Origin: an uncultured Planctomycetota bacterium
GTDB taxonomy: Bacteria; Planctomycetota; Planctomycetia; Isosphaerales; Isosphaeraceae
Direction of reading: 5' to 3'
Length of the DNA stretch: 64,000 nucleotides
NCBI GenBank assembly: GCA_963823665.1
Contig: CAWGMQ010000010.1
Location: forward strand, 928,001 to 992,000
Positions 11,801 to 21,200 of the stretch are shown here, one piece after another; the stretch's first letter is position 1; each line of letters starts with the position of its first letter. The position numbers and the translations under genes are program-made. Under the pieces are notes generated by a model. It searched no databases. It had not been told where the DNA came from and saw only the letters and a program-made list of their open reading frames with translations.

Positions 11801-12298
11801 CAGCGACGAAGTACTGAACGTCGCGATGTCCTGTCCGTCGACGACACCCAGCGTGCCGGTGCCGAGCTCGTCGTCCGGGTTCACTTCTCCGGTGTAGAAC
11901 GTCACGGTGCCTGTCGGCGTGCCGTAGCCCATCACTGTGGCGGTGAACGTGGCGGCCTGGCCGTAGACCACGGGCTCGGGCGCCGCCAGCACCGTTGTGG
12001 AAGCGCCGGACGAGACGATCCCGCCGGTTGCGGTGAACTGCAGCGTGGTGGTTATGTCGCCGCCGTTCTGATCGGTGATCTTGAAGGTGACAGTGTATGT
12101 CCCGGCTTCCTCCGGAGTGAACGTGAAGGTCTGGGCGGTTCCGTCGGGGATCGCCTGGTTGCCCGGAGCAACGACTTTCCAGTCAAACGTTTGGACGTCG
12201 GCGTCGTCCGGGTCGACGAATGAGCCGGTCAAGGTGACGGGCTCGCCCGCGACAACAGTGGACTGGTTGACAACCGCGGAGACGTCCAGGTAAGGCAC
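2825..12298 (-). CDS. Giant protein, C-terminal frame segment: PKD, Ig-like, MBG-like/YDG repeats, Ig-like, beta-solenoid, peptidase S53, C-terminal tail
   Basis: KTYDGTT (YDG) repeats; APLTITANNASKVYGQANP (MBG); PTGTVTF / ITVTYSGDSNF (bacterial Ig-like); EESLDVEW, SMSWG, STGDYG, GGTSLSAP (S53). Confidence 0.88.
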   Translation of the reverse strand: MPYLDVSAVVNQSTVVAGEPVTLTGSFVDPDDADVQTFDWKVVAPGNQAIPDGTAQTFTFTPEEAGTYTVTFKITDQNGGDITTTLQFTATGGIVSSGASTTVLAAPEPVVYGQAATFTATVMGYGTPTGTVTFYTGEVNPDDELGTGTLGVVDGQDIATFSTSSLTVSGGPYTIIAVYGGDANNQGSSSNPISQVITPAPLTITAQDVSGTYGSVSLNGTTGFTESGLITGDSISGVTLSTNATLSSSGNYNYSATPWTITPSDATGSGLTNYSITYDTAPNGLTISKLNITAALNGAVEEKTYDGTTSAALGSDYTLYTPVTDDVVTLSATGTYDTQNAGSGKTVTFTNLAMGGLDAGDYNLTSNSLSDANGKIDTAALTITAKNVSGTYGSVSLSGTTGFTESGLITGDSISGVTLSTNATLSSSGNYNYSATPWTITPSDATGSGLTNYSITYDTAPNGLTISKLNITAALNGAVEEKTYDGTTSAALGNDYTLSTLVTDDVVTLSATGTYDTQNAGSGKTVTYTNLALGGLDAGDYNLTNTSLSDANGEIDTAALAITAKDVSGTYGSVSLSGTTGFTESGLITGELISGVTLSTNATLSSSGNYNYSATPWTITPSDATGSGLTNYSITYDTAPNGLTISKLNITAALNGAVEEKTYDGTTSAALGSDYTLYTPVTDDVVTLSATGTYDTQNAGSGKTVTFTNLAMGGLDAGDYNLTSNSLSDANGKIDTAALTITAKNVSGTYGSVSLSGTTGFTESGLITGDSISAVTLTTNATLSSSGNYNYSATPLTITPSNATGSGLSNYSITYDTAPNGLTISKLNITAALNGAVEEKTYDGTTSAALGSDYTLSTLVTDDVVTLSATGTYDTQNAGSGKTVTFTNLALGGLDAGDYNLTNTSLSDANGKIDTAALTITAKNVSGTYGSVSLSGTTGFTESGLVSGDSISAVTLTTNATLSSSGNYNYSATPLTITPSNATGSGLSNYSITYDTAPNGLTISKLNITAALNGAVEEKTYDGTTSAALGSDYTLSTLVTDDVVTLSATGTYDTQNAGSGKTVTYTNLALGGLDAGDYNLTNTSLSDAHGKIDTAALTITAKNVSGTYGSVSLSGTTGFTESGLVSGDSISAVTLTTNATLSSSGNYNYSATPLTITPSNATGSGLSNYTIVYANAATGLTISKLNITAALNGAVEEKTYDGTTSAALGNDYTLSTPVAGDFVTMSATGNYDTKNAGSGKTVTYTNLALGGLDAGDYNLTNTSLSDAHGKIDTAALTITAKNVSGTYGSVSLSGTTGFTESGLVSGDSISAVTLTTNATLSSSGNYNYSATPLTITPSNATGSGLTNYSITYDTAPNGLTISKLNITAALNGAVEEKTYDGTTSAALGNDYTLSTLVTDDVVTLSATGTYDTQNAGSGKTVTYTNLALGGLDAGDYNLTNTSLSDAHGKIDTAALTITAKNVSGTYGSVSLSGTTGFTESGLVSGDSISAVTLTTNATLSSSGNYNYSATPLTITPSNATGSGLSNYTIVYANAATGLTISKLNITAALNGAVEEKTYDGTTSAALGNDYTLSTPVAGDFVTMSATGNYDTKNAGSGKTVTYTNLALGGLDAGDYNLTNTSLSDAHGKIDTAALTITAKNVSGTYGSVSLSGTTGFTESGLVSGDSISSVVLSTNATVSSSGNYNYSATQWTITPSDATGSGLTNYSITYDTAPNGLTVSKLNITAALNGAVEQKTYDGTTTATLGSDYTLSAPVTGDVVTLSATGNYNNKNVGSGKTVTYTNLILGGVDSGDYNLTTSSLSDSNGKIIAAPLAITANNVSGTYGSVSLNGTTGFTESGLVSGDSISGVILTTNATLSSSGNYNYSATPWTITPSAATGSGLTNYSITYDAAPVGLTISKLSITAALNGAVEQKTYDGTTTATLGSDYTLSTPVSGDVVTLSATGNYNNKNVGSGKTVTYTNLVLGGVDSGDYNLTTSSLSDSNGKIIAAPLAITANNVSGTYGSVSLSGTTGFTESGLISGDSISGVTLSTNATLSSSGNYNYSATPWTITPSAATGSGLSNYSITYKNGTLTVNTAPLTITANNASKVYGQANPAPNVSYSGFVTGESSSSLTTLPTASTTATITSPVGTYAITVSGAVDPNYSFTYVAGTLTINKDTTTTAATTSTTSGSIGQTVTITATVTANAPGSGTPTGSVDFFDTTTSVDLGSVALSGGAASLSTTALSSGTHAITVTYSGDSNFLTSSAATSTITMGQSLIVLDPTAGGALSISGNASIKLTGGVYVDSSSSSAILASGNAAINAAVIDVHGSVSKSGNASFSPAAVTKAAVVNDPLSGLAVPSETGLTNYGSYSLSGNSTATIKSGIYSAIAVSGNASLTMSAGIYIITGGGFSVSGNASVTGTGVTIYNTNSAFPSSGGTSGAITLSGNGTFKLTPATTGTYANLLFIQPAANTHVLTYSGNAMAGVSGTIYAPSAGLVESGDAQLNASIIVDTITLSGNAITNVATLSAPDGAVAYSPAQVRSAYGVSSLTTDGSGQTIALVDAYDNPDIYPAVDAFDTQFGLTDSGPSLYDQYGPASSFLTVIGQDGQSTSLPASDPNGPGTDNWEVEESLDVEWAHAIAPGAKIVLVEANSQSLSDLMAAVATAAGQPGVSVVSMSWGFAEGQSVSASDEATYDAMLDVPGVSFVASTGDYGAADPEYPAYSPNVLAVGGTTLDLNNLGAYDHELGWGNVSGSQGTVIGSGGGISQFEPEPSYQQGVQATGGRTTPDVSLVADPATGAWIADPYNLADSSSPFEVVGGTSLSAPAWAGLLALVNQGREVAGQPVLNSTSPTEVQQALYSLPQSDYNVITSGNNGYDAESGYNLVTGLGTPIANLLVSDLVAYQGAGTAYSGAKVGPLQDATLDGQVSGEGSETDVINVFDSLTITAAGQGHAPLANQGAGSASFQDQTVTTVVSEHTAVAASNATVLIFAPFAAGANTQSFAFAGPSVAAVPQAERSSHVVPQSSINRTGSLPQFARDLANACDRSALFAAALSTARELDSDLDELAAGLVAPAAHTAASSVEAPRVAVSWLNGVRPKFVAGPEGAAGLAKAPAGPLGSREPDRPQEQPSKDPAEIFLVGGFCGFGAGLLLGGKSAARRISARLPFGRRQRGR

Positions 12299-15200
12299 TT
12301 GCCGATGAAATTGACGTTGCCGGAGCCGTAGATGATGGTGTCCGCCTGAAGCTGGGCGGAGACGGTGTCGTTTCCCGTCCCGGCGACAATCGTGTCGCTG
12401 CCCGAGCCGGCATACATCGTGTCGCCCGCACTGGCGAGGCCAAGAGGCATGGTGTCGGCAGTGGAAAGGCCGCCAGCCGTAGAGGCACCCGTGGCAAACG
12501 TGTACATGAAAAGCTCGTAGGCGCCGGTCAGCGGCTCATTGAGCGACACCGATTTAGGAGACGACGTGACCATCGCGTAATAGGTGCCGGTCTCCGCCAG
12601 GGTCAGGTCGAGAATCGTCGAATCCGTGTCCTGGAACGAGTCGTCGTCGTACGCGACGACGTTGCCTGCCGAGTCGTAGATCGTGAGCGCCGTGTCGAAG
12701 GCCCCCTGGGGCCGGTTGAGCACCGCCGACATGACCTCGAAATTGATCAGGGTTCCGGCCGTGGCCGTGAACGAGTAGTAGTCCGTATACGAGTTGCCCT
12801 GGCTGTCCGTGCTCAGGTAGCCGACCACGTCGGCCGCGGTGACGTCAAACGAGCGGTCGGCGTTCACACCTTCGAGGTCGGTGTCCGGCACGACCACGGG
12901 CTCGAGCGCAACGGCCTGAGCGGTTGCCATCGTGTAGTGGGGCGCAGTCTGCTCGTTGACCGGAGACCCGTCCTCGCCGTAGGCGAGCTTGATCGCCTCG
13001 CGCTCGCCGAAGTACGGGTCGTCGATGGCGTCGAAGAGAGTGGCGTTGACCGACGCTCCGGAGGCCATGATATGCCGTACCGTCTCGGTGGCGTCGACAG
13101 GCCCGGTGAAAGCGGGGACATAAAGGTCGGGGTTCACCCCGCTGTAGATGCCCGAGCCGATCGGCCCGAACGAGTCGCCGTGCTCGAGCCCCGAAAGGTG
13201 CCCCAGCTCGTGGGCAGCGATCGTTGCTGAAAGAGCAACAAAGTCGGCGCTCGTGGCGGCGGGCTCGCCCGGGCTTCCCAGCAGGTCGTTGACGTTGACC
13301 CCGGCCTGGTCTGCCGGCGTGATCTGGAACCCCGCTTCGGTCAAGGTCGTCGAGCCGGCGATGTCCAGGTCGCGCCAGTCGATCCCCGTGGCGATGCCTC
13401 CTTCCAGGCCCGTCAGTACCGGGTCGTTGAAGTAGATCGTCGTGTAGACCCCCGACTCTGGCGGCGACAGCGTGAACACGTACGAGAAATCGGCGTAATC
13501 GGCGACGAGCTGTGACTCGATCGCGCTCTCCTCGTCCGGGGTGTAGATGTGCTGACCGGGCAGCTCGTAGTCGCTGAAGTCGAGATAGATCGTGCGCGTC
13601 ACGCCGCCTTCGAGAAGGTCGTTGCCGCCCAGCCCGGCGATCAGATCGTCGCCCCCGCCGCCGATCAACGTGTTGTCGCGAGCGTTGCCAATGATCGTGT
13701 CGTCGTAGCCGCTGCCCAGGACGTCGGCGATCCCCATCGGATTGGATAACGTCAGCGTGAGCGTGCCCGGGATCACCGCCTGAGCACCAGCCGCGCTCAG
13801 GTTGATATTGACGCCGGCCGGCGCTTGCGAGAAATCGAGCCACGCATTCGCAGTGTCGCTCGCCTCGTCGATCGTCTGGCTGCCGCTCGAGCCGCTGTTG
13901 AACGCGAACGTGTCGTTGCCGCCGCCACCGACGAGCGAGTCGTTGCCGGTACCCGAGACCAGCGTGTCGTCGTTGCTCGAGCCGACGAGCGTGTCGTTGC
14001 CGGTTCCGGCGATCAAGAGCGTGCCCCCGGAGAAGCCCGAGGCGTCGAGCGTGAAGTCGCCGGCACCCGCGGCGAGGACGGCGTTCTGGAACCCGCTGAT
14101 CGGGTCTTCGATCGCCTGCCCGGTGCCTCCATAGGCCGAGAACATGGTGTCGGTGAGCGTCATGTTGTTCGCGCCGAAGAAGCCGAACCAGGAATCGAAG
14201 CCCCCCCCGGCCGTGATCGAGTCGTATCCTGTGCCCGCGGCGATCGTCGCATTGCCGGTGCCGCCATCGATCGTGTCGTTGCCCGGCCCTCCGTAGATGA
14301 TGTCGTTGCCCGAGCCGCCGGTGATCGAGTCGGCGCCGTCGCCCGCCGAGATCGTGCTGTTGCCCGAGCCGCCGTAGATCACGTCGTCGGCCTTGCCGCC
14401 GTTGATGTAGTCGTCGCCTGATCCGCCGGTGATCGTGTTGTCGCCGGCACCGCCGTAGATGATGTCATTGCCCGAGCCGCCGGTGATCGAGTCGCTGCCG
14501 GATCCACCGGTGATCGTGGTGTTGCCGCTGCCGCCGTAGATGATGTCGTTGCCGGCGCCGCCGTTGATCGAGTCGTTGCCGCTGCCGCCGGTGATCGTGC
14601 TGTTCTGTGAGCCCCCGTAAATGATGTCGTTGCCGCTGCCGCCGGTGATCGAATCATTGCCGCCGCCCGCTGTGATCGTGTTGTTGCCCGAACCGCCATA
14701 GATGATGTCGTTGCCGCCCCCACCGACGATCGAATTGTTGCCGGATCCGCCGGTGATCGTGTTATTGCCCGACCCACCATAGATGATGTCGTTGCCCGTG
14801 CCGCCCACGATCGACTCGCCGCCTGATCCGCCGTTCAAGGTGCTCCCGTTCGACCCGCCGTAGATGATGTCGTTGCCCGTGCCGCCGATCAGCGTGCTGT
14901 TGCCGCCCCCACCCGTGATCGTGTTGTTGCCCGAACCGCCATAAATGATGTCGTTGCCCGATCCGCCGATGATCGAGTCGTTGCCCGATCCGCCGACAAT
15001 CGTGTTGGTGTTCGAGCCGCCGTAGATGATGTCGTTGCCGGTGCCGCCCACGATCGATTCGCCGCCCGATCCACCATTCAAGGTACTCGGGTTCGATCCG
15101 CCGTAGATGATGTCGTTTCCGGTGCCGCCGATCAGCGTGCTGTTCCCGCCGCCGCCGGTGATCGTGTTGTTGCCCGACCCGCCGTAGATGATGTCGTTGC

Positions 15201-18200
15201 CCGAGCCACCGATGATCGAGTCGTTGCCGCTTCCGCCGGTGATCGTGTTGTTGTTCGACCCGCCGTAGATGATGTCGTTGCCCGAGCCGCCGATGATCGA
15301 CTCGCCGCCCGACCCGCCGGTCAAGGTGCTCGGGTTCGAGCCGCCATAGATGATGTCGTTTCCTGAGCCGCCGATCAGCGTGTCGCTGCCGCCGGCGCCG
15401 GTGATCGTGGTGTTGCCCGATCCGCCGTAGATGATGTCGTTGCCCGACCCGCCGATGATCGAGTCGTTGCCACTTCCGCCCGTGATCGTGTTGTTGTTCG
15501 ACCCGCCGTAGATGATGTCGTTGCCGCTTCCGCCGACGATCGACGCGTTGCCGTTGCCGCCGGTGAGCGTGGTATTCCCCGTGCCGCCGTAGATGATGTC
15601 GTTGCCGGTTCCGCCGACGAGCGTCGAATTTCCGCCGCCCCCGGTGAGCGTGGTGTTGCCCGATCCGCCGTAGATGATGTCGTTGCCCGATCCGCCGACG
15701 ATCGACTCGTTGCCGCTTCCGCCGGTGATCGTCGTATTGCCCGACCCGCCGTAGACGATGTCGTTGCCCGACCCGCCGATGATCGAGTCGTTGCCGGAGC
15801 CGCCGGTCAACGTCGAGGAGCTCGATCCGCCGTAGATGATGTCGTTGCCCGATCCGCCCACGATCGAGTCGTTCCCGGTGCCGCTCGTGATCGTCGTGTT
15901 GGTAGACCCGCCATAGATCACGTCGTTGCCCGAACCGCCCACGATCGAGTTGTTTCCCGATCCGCCGGTGATCGTGGTGTTGCCTGAGCCGCCGTAGATG
16001 AGATCGTCTTGGTCGTTGCCGATGACGTTGTCGCCGTTGGGCGAGGCGACGTAGCCGTCGAAGCTTCCAATGAGCGTCACGACGGCGCCATCGGAATTCA
16101 CCTGCTGCGGCTGGCCGGTTTCGAGGGCGAGATTGATCGTGATCGCCACCGTTGAGATCGAGAAGTTGAGCGTGTTGAAGCCGGACAGATCGTCGACGAG
16201 CGGGTCGGTACCCGGGTTGATGAAGTAGGTGTCGTTGCCCGTGCCGCCGTACAGCGAGTCGTCGCCCTGATTGGAGTAGAGCGTGTCGTCGCCCGGCCCG
16301 CCGACCAGGCTGTTGGCCCCGCCGTTTGCCACCAGGATGTCGTTCCCCGAGCCACCCGTGAGCGATTCACTGTTGCCGTAGCCGTCAAGCTCGACGGGGG
16401 CCGTCATGGTATGCGCATCGACCGTGACCTGGTTGCCCAGGATGAGAGCCATCACTTCGGTCTCCGGGGACTGAATGGGCGCATTCGACAGCACACTCGT
16501 GCCCACGGAGACCGTGATCCCCGTCGTGGGATCAATCGTGACGTTCACCTGATTCTGGTCGATCACCACGATCTGCACGCTGTCGCTTCCCTGACCGCCG
16601 TCGCTGTCGGTGGCAGTCGCGGTTGCCACCAGCACACCGATCGACGTCGGGGTGTTGAAACTGATCGTCGCGCCCGTGCCGGAGTCGATCTGCACGCCGT
16701 TATTTGTCACGTTCCAGACGACCGTTTCGGTGTCGAGGATGCCGGGGTCCGTGACAACACCCTTGAGGCTGATCATTCCCGAAAGGGGGCTGCCAGCGCT
16801 CTCGATGCGGACCGAGGGCGCGGCGTTATCGACCTCGATCGAAGTGGTCGCTGTGGTCGTGCTCACGTCGTCCGAGACGGAGACCTGGATCGCGAAGGAG
16901 CCGCCGGTGGGCTCGCCGGGTGGATTGTTCAGATACAGATGCGAAGCGGTGTACGTATACTGTCCGGGCGAAGTCTCCTCGATCTGACCCAGCATGCCGA
17001 CCAGCGTGGTGGAGGTCGAGCCGTCGCCCCAGTTGATCGTGACCGTGTGCGGGTCGAGCGTGCCCGGGTCGGTGAACGAGCCATCGAGCGTGACCGTGCC
17101 CCCCTCGAAGATCTTGGAAGACGACAGCTCCAGGTTGCTCGAGTTGAACTGCGGAGGAACGTTCGAGACCGTCACCTCGGTCGAAGCGCTCCCGCTCTTC
17201 TCTTCCTCGTTGATCACGCTGGCGCTGATGGTGTACTCGCCGCTTGCGACGCCAGGGGGGTTGTTCAGATACGTGTGCGACGTCGAGAACGTGTCGTCTC
17301 CCGGCGGCAGCACGATCGTCGTGAAGAGCGAGCCATCGCCCCAGTTGATCGTGAGCGTGTTGGTGTGGATGCCTCCGGGGCTCACGATCGTGCCGCTCAA
17401 CATCTCCGTGCCATTCTCGAGGATGCTGTTCGATGAGAGCACCAAGCCCGGCGCGGCGAATACGGGAGCCGGATCACTGATCAACAGCGGCGTTTGAGCA
17501 AACGCAGTCAAGTCGGTGCCGTCGGAGAGCGTGACGCCGATGTTGTACTTGTAAGACGCATCCGTTGTGTACTCGTGGGGTGCCGAGAATGCGTATGAGC
17601 CGGCTGGAAGCGGCACGGTCGTGGGGCTCGAGCCGTCGCCCCAATCGATCGTCGCGGTGAGCGCGGCGTCGGGGTTGACGTCCATGAACGTGCCGCTGAC
17701 GATCACCGAGTCGTAACTGAGCGTGGCATACGTCGTGGTCGCGGAGACCGACAGCGACGCACTGGGCTGATACAGGTCGACAGCTCCCGCGGCCGGTGCA
17801 CCGACCACGATCGCGCCGTCGTCGATTCCCACCGCCGTTCCGAAGGCGTCGCCGGTGGTCGGGGTCGGTTCCTGGAAGGCGCCGATCGCATTGCCGAAGG
17901 TCGGGCTCGACGGGTCGGCGTCGAAGAGATACGCGGCCCCGGCGTCGTGTGTACCGAGGTTTGCTCCGGGCGCACCGATCAAGGCCTGGTTGCCCGTGCC
18001 TGCGACCGAAGCACCGAATTCACCGCCGCCTCCGTCAGGCTGGACGAACATCTCGGGCGATCCGGGCGAGTTAAAGCTGGGCGAGCTAAAGAACAGGAAC
18101 GCTGCACCGGCGCCGCCATCATCGAGCGGCGACCCGATCAGGACGTTCGATCCGACCGCCGCGACGGCCGCCCCGAACTCGCCGCCACCGTCGGGAGGCA

Positions 18201-21200
18201 AGAACGTCTGGAGCATGCTCCCGGAAGTGCCGTAGAGAAACGCCGCGCCCTGCGGGCCGGCGTTCGCATCCAGCGGCGATCCAATCAGCACGTCGTCTCC
18301 CACGGCCGCGACCGCAGCCCCGAAACTCTTCGTCTCGTAGTCGGGGTTGGCTATCGTCGTCAACAAAGCGCCGGTCGTATCGTCGAACAAATAGACCTTT
18401 CCGAGTGTCGGATTCATCGGTGAATCGGCGTACGGTGCTCCGACGGCAACCTCGTTCCCCAGCCCCCCTACGGCCGCGCCGAACTGTGCGGGAACAAGGC
18501 CGGTATTACCCGGGAACGACAACGTCAAGAGCAGCGAGCCGAACGTGGTGCTATCCGGGTTCGCATCGAACACATACGCCACGCCCTGGCCCGCGCCGGG
18601 CGCCCGACGATCAGATCGTCGCCGAAATCCGCGACCGATGCGCCGAACAGATCGCCGGCCGTCGCGCCCGGATCCTGGAAGACGTGGATCAGCGAGCCGT
18701 ACCTGTATGGCGTCGACACGCCATCGTCGGTGGGTACGCCATCATAAAGATCGACTGCGCCACCGTTGCCAGCCTGGGGCGCCCCGATCACCACGTTGCC
18801 GTCGATCGCAGCCACAGCCGTTCCGAATCCGTCGCCGGATGTCGAGCTCGAGAATGTCTCGGGCGGCGTGAACGAATCCGGCGTGAAGACCGGCGGCACG
18901 TCGCTCACAGTCACGGTAGCCGTCGCGGTGCTCACGCCGCCAAAGCCGTCGTCGACCGTCAAGGTCACCGTCTCGACTCCGGGCTTGGTGTAGGCGTGAA
19001 TCGGGTCCGGCCCGGTCCCCGTGGCGCCGTCGCCGAATGTCCAGAAATAGCTGAGCGAACCGTTGTTGGGGTCAATTGAGCCCGAACCGTTGAACGGGAT
19101 CGACACCCCTTCGTCGACGGTCAGCTTCGTGAAGCTAATCTTCGCGGTGGGGGGAATGTCGGAGCCGAACGCTTGAGAGAATTCCGAAGTATTGCCGGCG
19201 GGGTCAGTCGCCGTCGCGGTGACGAACTGCACCCCCGTTGCCGGGGTCGGGAACGAGAACGTGAAGTGGGCTGTTCCGCTTGCATCAATGGGAACCGGTC
19301 CTGAGCCCAGCACGTAACGCCCTTCGCCGTAGCCCGAGGCATTACTCGACGAGAGCGTGTAAAAGTCGAGCATGAACGTCGTGTTCGCGGTGCTCTCGAG
19401 AGAGCCCATGACCGTCGTCATGCCGCCGGTGCTCGTCACCGCGGTGATGACCGGGTAGTTCTCATAGTTGTTGGGGCCCGTAAGTGGCGTCGCCGAAATC
19501 GGGGTCACCACGTTGCCGCCCAGACCGATCCCGAGACCATGATTCGAGAAAATCGAGTTCAGCCGGATCGTGTTGCCGGTGCCGGCAGACGCGTCGACGT
19601 CGACTCCAAGGCCGGTGTGGAGTGACGTGCCCGTACTGAACGCGATCGTGTTGCCGGCTGCCGCCGCGCTCCCGCCGATCGTGTTGTCCGATGATCCGTA
19701 CTGGATGAGGATGCCGGTGCCGTTGCCCAGTGCGACCGATCCCGTTGGATCGGTGCCGATCTTGTTGGCCTGGATGAGCACACCGCTGTCGCTCCCCACC
19801 AGGTCGATGCCGGCGCCCGAGTTGCTCGAGATGACGTTGCCCACGCCCGCCGCGGTGCCGCCGATCGTCACGTCGCTCACATCGCCGAGCTCCAGTCCAT
19901 CGCCCAGGTTGCCGAGAGCGATTTTCCCGGTCTTGTCGGTGCCGATGTAGTTGCCCAGCACCAGGGCTCCCGAAGAGGCGCTCCCCTGGATCGAGACGCC
20001 CACATAGGCGTTGGCCGAGATCACGTTCCCGGCCCCCTCCGCCGTGCCGCCGATGGTCGTGCCGGGGGAGGCGATGTCGACTATGCCCGAGCCGGTATTG
20101 GCTAGCGGTCCCGTTCCATCTTGATTCACACCGATGTAGTTTCCCTGAATCAGCGTACCGGAGGCACCACCCTCAACCTCGATGCCGTTGATGCCATTGT
20201 TCAGGCCGCCATTGCCCGAGATCACGTTGAGGGCGACGGCGGTCGTGCCGCCGATCGTGGTGTTCAAGGCACCCGTGACGGCGATGCCGGAATTCGTGTT
20301 GCCGACGGCAGAGATACCGTTTGCATCGGTTCCAATCAGGTTCCCGGCGATCAGGGTTCCGGTTGCCCCGCCGCTCACCGACACGCCTTCGGCATTGCCC
20401 GAGAGGACGTTTCGCCCGCCGCCGGAAACCCCGCCGATCGTGCTGTCCGTCGCACCCGCAACGTCGACGCCTGCGCCCGCGTTGCCAAGCGGCGTCTCTC
20501 CGGTTGTGTCGGTCCCGATCTGGTTTCCCGCGACCACGTTGTCCGCAGTGGCCGCGCCGTTCAACAACACTCCGTCGCCAAGATTGCCCGAGATGAGATT
20601 GCCGTCGCCGGCGGCCGTGCCGCCGATCGTGTTGCTCGACGCGCCGGAAGCGATCTCGACGCCCGTGGCGTTGGCGATCGCGACCGTGCCGCTCGGGTCG
20701 GTGCCGATCATGTTGCCTTCGACCACGTTGCCTGTAGCACCGGAGCCGGTGATCTGAACCCCATAGCTCGCGTTGCCCGAAATCACGTTGCCCGCCGGAG
20801 CGGACGTGCCGCCGATCGTATTGCCCGATGCACCGGCGCCGATCACAATGCCGATCTGGTTGGGCGCGGCGGCCGTGCCCGAGGCATTCGTGCCGATATA
20901 GGAACTCTGGACAACGTTGCCCGAGCTTTCGATCAAGATTCCGTCCTGGCTGAAATCGCTGATCACCACTCCGCTGATCTCGCTCCCGGCGGACCCGGCC
21001 GCCAGCACGAGCCCGCTCGCGCTCCCCGTACTCGTGCCATCCAGTTGGATGATCGGCGCGCCCGCGTATCCCGGCTGGGTCGTCGCGTCGAGATCGACCA
21101 CAGCGGTGATGAACGGCAGCGGCGAAAGCGGCGAGATCAATTGCACGCCGCCTCCAGGAATATCGAAGTCGATCGCAAACGGGCCGGACGATAGGTCGGC

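Noticed and set aside
7229..12223. 1664-aa plus-strand ORF and many other antisense ORFs over the giant gene
   Set aside because: Shadow frames caused by GC-rich codon bias and repeats. The V/G/A/R-rich translation mirrors the real minus-strand gene.
14230..15995. Periodic repeats as a CRISPR array
   Set aside because: They are in-frame 27-bp coding repeats with synonymous variation. There are no unique spacers and no cas genes.
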